DNA of 64,000 nt from Candidatus Hydrogenedentota bacterium (GTDB taxonomy: Bacteria; Hydrogenedentota; Hydrogenedentia; Hydrogenedentales; SLHB01): NCBI GenBank assembly GCA_963674865.2, contig CAXXYE010000008.1:160001-224000 (forward strand), given 5' to 3'. The notes beneath the pieces are model-generated. The model had not been told where the DNA came from and did no database searches. It worked only from the letters and a program-made list of their open reading frames with translations. The stretch's first letter is position 1; each line of letters begins with the position of its first letter. This document shows, in pieces, positions 37,627 to 46,687 of the stretch. Both the position numbers and the translations under genes were made by a program.

Positions 37627-40600
37627 ATGAACGGGACGGGCGGCTCCATCAGGTCCAGCCATCGGGCGGTGAAAGCGTACTACGAGGCCCTGGCGGACTA
37701 CGCGGCGCAGAGCGTCGGCCACGAGACCGCCGTCCGCTCGGCTTTCCAGAACCTGTTGGCCGAGGCCGCCAAGAAACGCCATTGGACGCTCATCCCGGAG
37801 TTGGCGTCCGAGGGCCGGGGCCGGAGCCGCGTGGTACCGGACGGCACCATGCGGGACGAGTTTCTTATACCGCGCGGCTACTGGGAGGCTAAGGATACCG
37901 AGGACGACCTTGACGCGGAGATCGCGAAGAAGGCCGCCAAGGGCTATCCCCTCTCGAATATCATCTTTGAAGACACGCAGACGGGCGTCCTCTACCAAGA
38001 CGGCCACGAGGCGCTCCGCGTCGATCTCTCGAACAAGACTCAACTCGCCGAGCTGCTCAACGCCTTTCTGGCCTACTCGGAGCCGAACATCGACGAGTTC
38101 GAGAAAGCGGTCGCCGAGTTCAAAGAGCGCGTACCGGAACTGGCCCTCGGCCTCACGGCCAAGATCGCCGACGCCCATCGCGACAACAAAACCTTTATCG
38201 CCGCTTTCGAGGCCTTCTTCGAGGTGTGCAGGACCTCGCTCAATCCCAACCTGAGCCAGGCCGCCGTGGACGAGATGCTCGTCCAACACCTCCTCACCGA
38301 GCGGCTGTTCCGCACCATCTTCGCCAACTCGGATTTCACGCGCCGCAACGTCATCGCCGCCGAGGTCGAGCGCGTCATCGACGCCCTTGTGAGCAAGAGC
38401 TTTAACCGCGCCGAGTTCCTCAAGAGCCTCGACCGATTCTACGTCGCCATCGAAGACGCCGCCCGCGCCATCCAAGACTTCACCGACAAACAGCACTTCC
38501 TCAATACGGTTTACGAACGCTTCTTCCAAGGCTATTCCGTCAAGGTAGCCGACACCCACGGCATCGTCTACACGCCCCAGCCCATCGTGGATTTCATGTG
38601 CGCCAGCGTCGCGGAAGTCCTCGAAACCGAGTTCGGCAAGCCGCTCGGCAGCTCCGGTGTCCAGATCCTCGATCCCTGCACCGGCACCGGCAACTTCGTC
38701 GTCAACCTGCTCCGCCGCATTCCCAAGCCGGATCTGCCGCGCATGTACCGCGAACAGCTCTTCGCCAACGAGGTCATGCTCTTGCCGTACTACATCGCCG
38801 CGCTCAACATCGAGCACGCCTATTTCGAGCTGACCGGCCAGTACGAGCCGTTCGAGGGGCTCTGCTTCGTCGATTCGCTCGATATGGCCGAGCACGCCCA
38901 GGGCGAGTTCGGATTCATGACCGAAAAGAACACGGCCCGCGTCGAGCGGCAAAAGGCCGCGCCGATCACCGTCATCATCGGCAATCCGCCGTACAATGTC
39001 GGCCAACTCAACGAAAACGACAACAACAAGAACCGCAAGTATCCCGTCATCGATCGGCGCATCCATGACACCTACGCCGCCGACTCGAAGGCCAGCAACA
39101 AGAACGCCCTGTCGGACGCGTACGTGAAGTTCTTCCGCTGGGCCGCCGATCGCCTTGAAGGCCGCGACGGCATCGTCTGCTTCGTGTCGAACAACAGCTT
39201 CGTGGACCAACTCGCCTTTGACGGCATGCGCAAGCACCTCGTTGCCGACTTCACGCACATCTACCACATCGACCTCCACGGCAACGTGCGCAAGAATCCT
39301 GGCCTCAGCGGCACGACGCACAATGTTTTCGGAATCCAGGTCGGCGTGGGCGTCACGGTGGCGGTGCGGAAGCGGCAAGCGAAGCCGGTGAGCAAGCCTG
39401 GCCTCTACTACCACCGTGTGCCTGAGGATTGGCGCAAGGAAGAGAAACTCCATTGGCTCATGGGCCGCAAGAGCATCAACGGTCTACGTGACGCAGGCAT
39501 CTTGCCTGATCCCGAAGGCGCTGCTCCGCGAACATGTAGCGCAGGCGTCCCGCCTGCTTGCGAAGGCGCTGCTCCGCGAACACGTAGCGCAGGCGTCCCG
39601 CCTGCTTGCGAAGGCGCTGCTCCGCGAACACGTAGCGCAGGCGTCTCGCCTGCTCCCGAGGACATCGCTCCGCCGATTCAGAATGCAGGCGAGGACGCCT
39701 GCGTTACGATCAGGGATAGAGGTTACCTTCCCCATTGGCACAGCCCGGACCCCGCCAAGATCTATTACGTCACGTTCCGCTTGGGCGACTCCCTTCCCGC
39801 GGCGCTTCTCGCAGAGCTTGACGGGGAACGTGAGCGCTTGATCAACCGCGCGCAGCAAGAGAACAGACCGCTGTCCAAGGCGGATCGCGCTGAGATGGAC
39901 CGCCTGTTTTCGGAGCGGATCGAGCAGTTCCTTGACGCCGGCTCCGGCGCGTGTCATCTTGGCAAGCCCGCCGTGGCGGCCATGCTCCGAGACGTCCTTT
40001 TGCATTTCGATGGCGAACGCTACGATATCCACGCGTGGGCCATCATGCCCAATCACGTGCATCTGCTGCTCAATTGCCGCCCGGGACATGAACTTTCGAA
40101 CAATTTGCACTCGATCAAGTCATTTTCCGCGAAACAGGCCAACAAGATGCTCGGTCGCCGCGGCAAGTTCTGGCAGACGGAGTCGTACGACCATATTGTC
40201 CGCAACGAGGAAGAATATAACCGCATCCTCAAGTACATCATCGAGAATCCGCAGGCCGCAGGCTTGGCGGATTGGCCCTGGGTAGGCATCTTGCCTGCCC
40301 GGCCTGCAGGCGAGGACGCCTGCGCTACAGGCAACGCAACTATCCTGCCTGTCCGGCCTGCAGGCGAGGACGAGTTTCGTAACGCAGCTATCTTGCCTGT
40401 CCGTTCTGCAGGCGAGGACGCCTGCGCTACATCCCATGCGGGGGAGGACGATTTTCGTAACGCAGGCATCTTGCCTGCTCCGTCTGTGGGCGGGGACGCC
40501 TGCGCTACAGCGGCGTGGCGCCAACTTGTGCCCGACGCGGACCACACGTGGCTTGTGCCCGAAGACGCGGGCCAATTCGCCAAGTTCATCCCCATCGGCA

Positions 40601-41883
40601 CCAAGGCCGCCAAGGCCGCTGACGAGCCGGATACCGAAACGGTTTTCAAGACCTTCTCTGGCGGTGTTAAGACCAACCGCGATGACGTGGTCTACGACTA
40701 CCAGAAAGAACGGCTCTTGGAGCGGATGGATCATTTCACGAAGGCATACAACGCTGAACTCGACCGATACCGGCGAGCGGATAGTCCTAAGGACATTGAT
40801 GATTTCGTTGACTATTCTTACGTGAAGTGGGATAGCACGCTCAAGAACCATCTCAGACACCATCACGACGCACTCTTCAATCCAGGAGCCTTGCGCCTTT
40901 CTTTCTACCGGCCTTTCACCAAGCGGTATCTGTACTTCTACTCACGGTTCATAAACAGTGTGCATCTGCAACACCGGTTCTTCCCCACGCCCGCGTCCGA
41001 GCAGGAAAACCGGGTGATCGTAACCAGCGATGTTGCTTTCCGCGCTCCGACATTCTCGGCCCTTTTCACGGCATCCATTCCTGATCTACACCTGTGCGCG
41101 GCCATTGACGCGCACCAGTGCTTCCCGTTCTACGTGTACGACGAGGACGGGACGAACCGGCGGGAGAACGTCACGGACTGGGCACTGACGCAGTTCCGCG
41201 CGCGGTACGGCAACGATGTAACGCAGGCGTCCCCGCCTGCAGACGGAGCAGGCAAGATGCCTGCGCTACAACCTCCGGCAGGCAAGATGCCTGCGCCACA
41301 ATCCCCGGCAGGCAGGATGCCTGCGCCACAATCCCCGGCAGGCAGGATGCCTGCGTTACAGAAATGGGATGTCTTTCATTACGTGTACGGCCTGTTGCAC
41401 CACCCGGGCTACCGCGAGAAATACGCGGACTGCCTGAAGCGGGAACTGCCGCGCATTCCCTTTGCGCCGGACTTCTGGGCCTTTACCGAGGCGGGCCGGG
41501 AACTCGCGCATTGGCACCTCGACTATGAGGACGTGGACCCCTACGAACTCAAGTTCGAGGTCGCCAAAGGCAAGCCGCTCTCCTACCGCGTCGAGGACAA
41601 GATGCGGCTGAGCAAAGATAAGTCGGCGTTGAAGGTAAACAGCACGCTGACGCTCGTGGGCATTCCGCCGGAGGCGTTCGAGTATCGCCTAGGCAACCGC
41701 AGCGCGCTCGAGTGGATCATTGATCAGTACCGAGTCAAGACGGACAAGCGCTCGGGCATTACGTCCGATCCGAACCGCGCCGAGGATCCGCAGTACATCG
41801 TGCGGCTTGTGGGCCAGGTTATACGCGTGAGTCTTGAAACCGTGCGAATCGTGAACCACTTGCCGGATGATTTCGGAGGATAG
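37627..41883 (+). CDS. Single-polypeptide restriction-modification enzyme (PD-(D/E)xK nuclease + N6-adenine MTase + Type ISP-like C-terminal region) with in-frame RAYT/REP insertions
   Basis: PDG...YWEAKD; GIVYTP; ILDPCTGTGNF; IGNPPY; YRPF, QCFP, LKRELPRIP, YRLGNRSALEWIIDQY; no helicase motifs seen. Confidence 0.85.
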   Translation: MNGTGGSIRSSHRAVKAYYEALADYAAQSVGHETAVRSAFQNLLAEAAKKRHWTLIPELASEGRGRSRVVPDGTMRDEFLIPRGYWEAKDTEDDLDAEIAKKAAKGYPLSNIIFEDTQTGVLYQDGHEALRVDLSNKTQLAELLNAFLAYSEPNIDEFEKAVAEFKERVPELALGLTAKIADAHRDNKTFIAAFEAFFEVCRTSLNPNLSQAAVDEMLVQHLLTERLFRTIFANSDFTRRNVIAAEVERVIDALVSKSFNRAEFLKSLDRFYVAIEDAARAIQDFTDKQHFLNTVYERFFQGYSVKVADTHGIVYTPQPIVDFMCASVAEVLETEFGKPLGSSGVQILDPCTGTGNFVVNLLRRIPKPDLPRMYREQLFANEVMLLPYYIAALNIEHAYFELTGQYEPFEGLCFVDSLDMAEHAQGEFGFMTEKNTARVERQKAAPITVIIGNPPYNVGQLNENDNNKNRKYPVIDRRIHDTYAADSKASNKNALSDAYVKFFRWAADRLEGRDGIVCFVSNNSFVDQLAFDGMRKHLVADFTHIYHIDLHGNVRKNPGLSGTTHNVFGIQVGVGVTVAVRKRQAKPVSKPGLYYHRVPEDWRKEEKLHWLMGRKSINGLRDAGILPDPEGAAPRTCSAGVPPACEGAAPRTRSAGVPPACEGAAPRTRSAGVSPAPEDIAPPIQNAGEDACVTIRDRGYLPHWHSPDPAKIYYVTFRLGDSLPAALLAELDGERERLINRAQQENRPLSKADRAEMDRLFSERIEQFLDAGSGACHLGKPAVAAMLRDVLLHFDGERYDIHAWAIMPNHVHLLLNCRPGHELSNNLHSIKSFSAKQANKMLGRRGKFWQTESYDHIVRNEEEYNRILKYIIENPQAAGLADWPWVGILPARPAGEDACATGNATILPVRPAGEDEFRNAAILPVRSAGEDACATSHAGEDDFRNAGILPAPSVGGDACATAAWRQLVPDADHTWLVPEDAGQFAKFIPIGTKAAKAADEPDTETVFKTFSGGVKTNRDDVVYDYQKERLLERMDHFTKAYNAELDRYRRADSPKDIDDFVDYSYVKWDSTLKNHLRHHHDALFNPGALRLSFYRPFTKRYLYFYSRFINSVHLQHRFFPTPASEQENRVIVTSDVAFRAPTFSALFTASIPDLHLCAAIDAHQCFPFYVYDEDGTNRRENVTDWALTQFRARYGNDVTQASPPADGAGKMPALQPPAGKMPAPQSPAGRMPAPQSPAGRMPALQKWDVFHYVYGLLHHPGYREKYADCLKRELPRIPFAPDFWAFTEAGRELAHWHLDYEDVDPYELKFEVAKGKPLSYRVEDKMRLSKDKSALKVNSTLTLVGIPPEAFEYRLGNRSALEWIIDQYRVKTDKRSGITSDPNRAEDPQYIVRLVGQVIRVSLETVRIVNHLPDDFGG
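39488..40508 (+). mobile_element. RAYT (REP-associated tyrosine transposase) domain with flanking REP arrays, in frame within the R-M gene
   Basis: GYLPHW, YYVTFRL.DSLP, IMPNHVHLL (HUH), FWQ.ESYDHIVRN, YIIENP, WPW (~39709-40284); flanked by GTAG-CGCAGGC-N5-GCCTGC palindromes in both orientations. Confidence 0.88.
39513..39654 (+). repeat. 48-bp tandem repeat (3 units), each carrying a REP
   Basis: cgaaggcgctgctccgcgaaca(c/t)gtagcgcaggcgtc(c/t)cgcctgct at 39513, 39561, 39609; encodes EGAAPRTxSAGVxPA. Confidence 0.9.
41218..41359 (+). repeat. In-frame REP array: one forward REP plus four 30-bp tandem inverted REPs
   Basis: gtaacgcaggcgtccccgcctgc then gcaggca(a/g)gatgcctgcg..aca at 41248, 41278, 41308, 41338. 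Confidence 0.9.
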
Positions 41884-41937
41884 TGACGCCGTCCCGGCGG
41901 CGGCTGCCTCATCGCCACCGAGTGGGCGAGAAAGAAC

Positions 41938-41975
41938 GAGAGCCGGCGAGACTTTTGTGTAAGCCGCCGGCTCTC
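41938..41975 (-). terminator. Hairpin/terminator downstream of the tRNA
   Basis: 11-bp stem gagagccggcg/cgccggctctc with T-rich tail on the minus strand. Confidence 0.6.
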
Positions 41976-41986
41976 AAGAACTTACT

Positions 41987-42063
41987 TGGTAGCGGTGCAG
42001 GGATTCGAACCCCGGACACGTGGATTATGATTCCACTGCTCTAACCAACTGAGCTACACCGCC
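41987..42063 (-). tRNA. tRNA-Met (CAT), elongator type (Ile2 not excluded)
   Basis: GGCGGTGTAGCTCAGTTGGTTAGAGCAGTGGAATCATAATCCACGTGTCCGGGGTTCGAATCCCTGCACCGCTACCA; 77 nt with encoded CCA. Confidence 0.93.
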
Positions 42064-42144
42064 ACCCGTAAGGGTAAAGGGGATCTTAGCATAGGGCGGC
42101 CAAGATTTCCACTTACATGCCGCGCTGGGGATGCGCATCGCGCG

Positions 42145-44754
42145 TCATGCGGCGTTGGTGGCGCGCGGGGTTTCGAGGACGACTTCTTCGGGGGACAGGT
42201 CGAGGACGAAGCCGTGCTTGGGAACCGTCCTGATAAGTTTGTTTCGGTGGGGCGCCGCCTCGGCGAGGGCGGCCACGAGTTTGCGCTTTTGGAAGTGCAT
42301 CTGGTTGGGCTCGACGATGACCTCGCCCCAGACGGCGTCGTAGATGGCGTCGTAGGGGACGCATTCCCCGGGCCGCCCGGCGAGGAGCCGGATTAACTGA
42401 TATTGCTTCTCTTGGAGCCGAACCGGGAGGTCGTCTAGAAAGACTTGGCCGGGGTAGCGCTCGTCGAGCACCAGCACGGCGGCGGGGGGCGGCGCACCGG
42501 CGGACGCTTGTTCGGGGCGTACCTCGTTTGACTGACGCCGGGCCCATTGCTTGAGCGTCCGGGCATCCGCGGCGGGCATGTACTTGGTTAGGTTCCGCGC
42601 GGGGGTATCGGCGAGGGCTTTGGGCGTGTGAAGCTCCGCCGCCCGCAGGGCGAGGATAGTGTTCCTGGAGAGTTCGGGCGTTTGCAGGCGGGCCAGGGGC
42701 AGGGCTTCTTCGGGCACGCCGTGTTGAACGCGCTCGGAGAGCGTCGTAATCCGGGATGCGAACTCCGGCGCCGCGCCCAAGGCGTTGGCGATTCCCGCGG
42801 TTGCGTCGAGGAGCCAACTGATTTGCTCCGCGGCGGCCACAATCTGGCCCGTCATGGTGCTGAATGTTTCCTCGAGGTTTTTCAGGGAGGCCTGGTCGAG
42901 CCATTGCATCAGGAAAAGGGCCACTTTGATGGCCCGGACCTCGTCGAAAAAGGGCATGAGGTTGCAGTTCCGAATCCGGTTGAGGGGGACGTCCGCCGTG
43001 ATGTCCTCCTTTTCGGTGAGGCGTTTGAGTAGGTCGACGTAGCCCGCGTGATCGTATTCGCCCGAGGTCAACGACATCTGAACCATACGGCCATCGGCCG
43101 TGAACGCCGCCGCGAGAATAAGGTCGATCTCAGGCCAGAAACGGGTTTCGGATTGGCCAATCCAGTGTTCGAGGGCGGACGCGGTGGCAATGGTGATGCC
43201 CTTTGACGCCACCGCCAGTCCCAGCGGCGTTGCTTCGAGCCGCCCGTCCGAGGCCTGTGACACAACGCCCGCGTCGACGGCGCGGGTTACCGCCGCCCGG
43301 ATGTGAAAGGCGCATTCATCGAGGGTGAGGGTCTCGGCCCAAATCCAGCGCCCGGAGAGGGTGTTCTCGAGAAACGCGTAGAGCGCGTCCTCCGTGTGGC
43401 AGCAGTGCGACGCCACCAATTGAAGGATGTGGTCTTCGAGCTTTGCCGCGGCAAGTTGAGGCGCCACCTGCTCGCGTTCGCCTTCGATGTAGTTGCGCCA
43501 CAGGGTTTCCCGATCAAACGGCGATGTGGCGATGAGGATGGCCCGGCCGAATGCCTGGCCGGAGCTGTAACGGCCGGCCCGTCCGCCCATATTTTCATAA
43601 TCCCCGTGGAGGATGGGAGTTTTCCAGGGCATCCCGAAGCGCTTGTCATAGCGCCATTTATCGGTGGAGATGAAGACGTTCCGCGCCGGAAGGTTCATGC
43701 CCGTCGCGAGGGTGCTCGTGGACACCAGCACCTTGATTTCGCCCGTGCGGAATCCCTCTTCGACCACCCGCCGTTCCTCCCGGGAGAGGTTGGCATTGTG
43801 AAAGGCCACCCCGTTTGCCAAGGTTTCGAGCAGGGAGTCCCGTGAACGGGTCGCTTCGAGCGTTTTGAGCGCCTCGATGGTCTGTTCCGCCGGGGGATGG
43901 TTGATCCGGCCCGCAAGCAGTTCCGCTCCACGGCGGGATTCATGCTTTGCCTTGACGAAAATCAGGCACGGCTCGCCGCGCTCGACGAAGGCGCAGACAT
44001 TCTCCGTGAGAATCTCCCAGGCCGACGCCCCGTCCAGTCCCACGAGGCGCTCCTCGCCTTCTTCAAAGTCGTTGTACGTGCGGTATGTGAATACGCCGTC
44101 GTAAAGGACGCCGCAGCGCAGTTCCACGGGCCGCCGCTCGAAGAAGAGCAGGTCGGCCTTCAACCATTCGGCCAGCCGTTTTGCCTCGCCGAGCACCGCC
44201 GATAATCCAATCAGCCGGCGGCGCGCGGCCAAGATACGCGTCAGCAGAAGCTCGATTACCGGGCCGCGGTCCGTATCGGACAGAATTTCCAGCTCGTCCG
44301 CAATGATGAGGCCCATCTCTTCGATCCGTTCCGGGCGGCGCACGAGGAGTTGCGAGAGTTTTTCGTACACCACCACCGCAATCGAGAAAGTGCCATTCTC
44401 GAGATCGCGGTCGAATTCCCGGCGATCCCGGGTCGAAACAATCACGCGCAGCCCATAAGGGGCGTATTTCTCCCGAAAAGCGTGATATTTTTCCTCGGCC
44501 AGGGCTTTTAGAGGAACCAGGTAAACGACCTTTTTCCGGTGGAGGGCGGCCCGGAGGGCGGCCATTTCCCCGATAAAGGTCTTCCCTGAGCTCGTGGGCG
44601 CCTGGATCAGGAGGTTGCCGTCGCCGAACAAGTCATGGCGTTTGACGGCTAACTCCTGTAGCGGCAGTAGGATATCGCTTTCGCTCTCTCGCCAAAGCGC
44701 CAGGATCTCCGGCGGGATGTCGTATCGGACAAGCTCGTTTATCTTCATGATCAA
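42145..44754 (-). CDS. Ski2/Hel308-like SF2 helicase with C-terminal OmpR-type winged helix
   Basis: LQ..A, APTSSGKT, VPLKALAEEK, ADELE, GLSA, STSTLATGMNLPA, MGGRAGR; C-terminal YQLIRLL...VW...IRTVPKHGF. Confidence 0.82.
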   Translation of the reverse strand: MIMKINELVRYDIPPEILALWRESESDILLPLQELAVKRHDLFGDGNLLIQAPTSSGKTFIGEMAALRAALHRKKVVYLVPLKALAEEKYHAFREKYAPYGLRVIVSTRDRREFDRDLENGTFSIAVVVYEKLSQLLVRRPERIEEMGLIIADELEILSDTDRGPVIELLLTRILAARRRLIGLSAVLGEAKRLAEWLKADLLFFERRPVELRCGVLYDGVFTYRTYNDFEEGEERLVGLDGASAWEILTENVCAFVERGEPCLIFVKAKHESRRGAELLAGRINHPPAEQTIEALKTLEATRSRDSLLETLANGVAFHNANLSREERRVVEEGFRTGEIKVLVSTSTLATGMNLPARNVFISTDKWRYDKRFGMPWKTPILHGDYENMGGRAGRYSSGQAFGRAILIATSPFDRETLWRNYIEGEREQVAPQLAAAKLEDHILQLVASHCCHTEDALYAFLENTLSGRWIWAETLTLDECAFHIRAAVTRAVDAGVVSQASDGRLEATPLGLAVASKGITIATASALEHWIGQSETRFWPEIDLILAAAFTADGRMVQMSLTSGEYDHAGYVDLLKRLTEKEDITADVPLNRIRNCNLMPFFDEVRAIKVALFLMQWLDQASLKNLEETFSTMTGQIVAAAEQISWLLDATAGIANALGAAPEFASRITTLSERVQHGVPEEALPLARLQTPELSRNTILALRAAELHTPKALADTPARNLTKYMPAADARTLKQWARRQSNEVRPEQASAGAPPPAAVLVLDERYPGQVFLDDLPVRLQEKQYQLIRLLAGRPGECVPYDAIYDAVWGEVIVEPNQMHFQKRKLVAALAEAAPHRNKLIRTVPKHGFVLDLSPEEVVLETPRATNAA

Positions 44755-44774
44755 ATCCTCTTGCAGCCCGCTCG

Positions 44775-44803
44775 ATAATACTGAATAAATAATCAGTTGT
44801 CAA
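44775..44803 (-). promoter_or_regulatory. Near-consensus sigma70 promoter for the helicase, with a palindrome in its spacer
   Basis: TTGACA-17 bp-TATTAT on minus strand; actga-ataaataa-tcagt overlaps the spacer. Confidence 0.6.
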
Positions 44804-44868
44804 GGGAAAGCGAGGCACCAGAATCCGCGCGTAAGCGTGGTTCTGCATTCCAAGTAGGCGCGCTGGAG

Positions 44869-44930
44869 GCAGGCAGGATGCCCGCGCCACAGTCTCCGGC
44901 AGGCAGGATGCCTGCGCTACAATCTCCGGC
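44869..44930. repeat. Intergenic pair of the same 30-bp REP unit as in the R-M gene
   Basis: gcaggcaggatgcccgcgccacagtctccg / gcaggcaggatgcctgcgctacaatctccg. Confidence 0.85.
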
Positions 44931-45007
44931 GCGCTCGCCATCTTTCAAGACGCGCTTGCCAAAATCCCGTTTGTGCCAAGATCGGGGAAAATGGCGAAAA
45001 AGGCGCT

Positions 45008-46630
45008 TCAGGCGTCGCCGGGGGCAACGGCCGGGAGGGTCATTGAGAAGACGGACATGGATTTACTAGGGGGACGTAGCCGGAGTTCGCCTTGGTGGGC
45101 GCGGACAATCTCGCGGGCCAGATTCAGTCCCAGTCCCACGCCGTCCACGCTGCGGGTGCGCGACTTTTCCCCCCGGAAGAAGCGCTCGAAGACGCGCTCG
45201 CGGTCGGCGTCCGCTATAGGTTGTCCCGTATTGCCGATCAAGAACTCGACGGCCTTTCCGTCTCCGCGGAGCGCCAGCTTCACCTTTCCTCCGTCGTGAT
45301 TGTATTTGATGGCGTTGCTCACCAGGTTTTGCAGGACCTGATTGAGGAGGTCGGCATCGGCCATAACCCATTGGTCAGGCGCGAGGGATTGTTCGACGTT
45401 CAGTTGGGGCGCGAGGATCTGCATATCCTCGCAGACGGCCTCGACGGCTTCCGTGAGATTCAGCGGCTTCAACGTCAGCTTCAGTTGGCCCGAGTCCGCG
45501 AGGGATAGGAGGAGGAGTTTGCGGATGATGGCCTTGAGGCGGAGGACTTCGTCGAGCAGGCCGGTGAGCGTTTGTTGCCGTGACGAGCCGGGCGACGCCT
45601 CTTGCAGGGCCTGCTCAAGTTCCCCCTGAAGGATGGTGAGGGGCGTCTTTAGCTCGTGGGCCGCGTCCGCGCTGAACCGTGTGGCTTGGTGGAAACTTCT
45701 CTCGAGGCGGTCCATCATCGCGTTGAACACGGTGATGAGCCTGCGAAACTCGGCGTCAATGTCCTTGCTGGGGATGCGCTGATCCAGGCCCTTGGCGGTG
45801 ACGCCTTCTGCGGTGCGGGTGAGGACGTTGATGGGATGGAGCGCCCGCTGCGAAATCCACCAGCCCGCCAAGGCGATCAGCGCCAAGGCCACGGGCAATG
45901 CCACGAGAAATGCGTTGCGTATCTGGAGTGTCTCGGCATTGAAACGTTCCATGTTGAATCCGAGAACGAAGGTAACGCCCGGTGTGCCGAGGACGCCAAT
46001 GCGCCACTGTCTGCCACCCGCGTTGCGGGTGATAAACACAGGTTCTCTGAGAGGCGGCCCGAGTCCGGCCCGGCCAAGGCCGCGCTGTCCTCCTCTCCGG
46101 CCTTCGCCTCGTCCGCCTCGGTACTGCATGCCCGGGCCGGTGCGGAGCGAGGGCGCTTCGCCTTCCGCGTCCGCGGGCATGAATCCTTCAGGGGCGCCGG
46201 GGGGGGGCTCGTCCGGCCCTAGTGCTCTGGGGATGCCGCGTCCGCCCAGGGGGCCATGAGGTCGAGGAGGCGCAAGGGCGGTCTCGAACTCGCCGGGGGG
46301 GGGCAGGGCGTCCGAGGGGAGGTCGTCAGGCCAGTTGGTGGAGCAGTAAACCGTCTCGTCACGGCGTCCCTTCACCAGGAGAATGAAGGCGTCTTCTTCA
46401 TCGTCACCCATGAGGAACTGGAGCGACTCGCCGACTTGTTGCCAGTGCTCTGGTCCTTGAGGGGCTCTGGCGAGATGCCGCTGGCCCAATTCCCTGATGT
46501 TGTCATCAATGCGCTGGAGGTTCATCCGTTGGATCACCGCCCATGTCCAACCGCCGAACAGCAGAAGGACCGCGCCGGACAGCATTACCGCCAGCAGGGC
46601 GATTCGAAGTCTGAACGAGCCAATGCGCAT
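45008..46630 (-). CDS. HAMP-domain sensor histidine kinase (CusS/CzcS-like)
   Basis: Two TMs; F.ADAAHELKTPL, NL.SNAIKY, FERFFRG, GLGL. Confidence 0.9.
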   Translation of the reverse strand: MRIGSFRLRIALLAVMLSGAVLLLFGGWTWAVIQRMNLQRIDDNIRELGQRHLARAPQGPEHWQQVGESLQFLMGDDEEDAFILLVKGRRDETVYCSTNWPDDLPSDALPPPGEFETALAPPRPHGPLGGRGIPRALGPDEPPPGAPEGFMPADAEGEAPSLRTGPGMQYRGGRGEGRRGGQRGLGRAGLGPPLREPVFITRNAGGRQWRIGVLGTPGVTFVLGFNMERFNAETLQIRNAFLVALPVALALIALAGWWISQRALHPINVLTRTAEGVTAKGLDQRIPSKDIDAEFRRLITVFNAMMDRLERSFHQATRFSADAAHELKTPLTILQGELEQALQEASPGSSRQQTLTGLLDEVLRLKAIIRKLLLLSLADSGQLKLTLKPLNLTEAVEAVCEDMQILAPQLNVEQSLAPDQWVMADADLLNQVLQNLVSNAIKYNHDGGKVKLALRGDGKAVEFLIGNTGQPIADADRERVFERFFRGEKSRTRSVDGVGLGLNLAREIVRAHQGELRLRPPSKSMSVFSMTLPAVAPGDA

Positions 46631-46687
46631 GGTTTTCGCTATTCGCTCCCGAAATGCCCGCGTCCGGGGAGTTGGGAGGCGTCGTGG

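Noticed and set aside
39488..40508. Intein interpretation of the in-frame insert
   Set aside because: No N-terminal Cys/Ser block or C-terminal His-Asn followed by Cys/Ser/Thr at the junctions, and no LAGLIDADG motifs seen.
39488..41359. CRISPR array interpretation of the 48-bp and 30-bp repeats
   Set aside because: The intervening sequences are themselves repeated or very short, orientations alternate, no cas genes are present, and the units match GTAG-REP structure next to a RAYT.
37380..41990. tRNA-anchored integrative island carrying the R-M gene
   Set aside because: The position next to the tRNA 3' end is suggestive, but I found no duplicated tRNA 3' fragment and no integrase.
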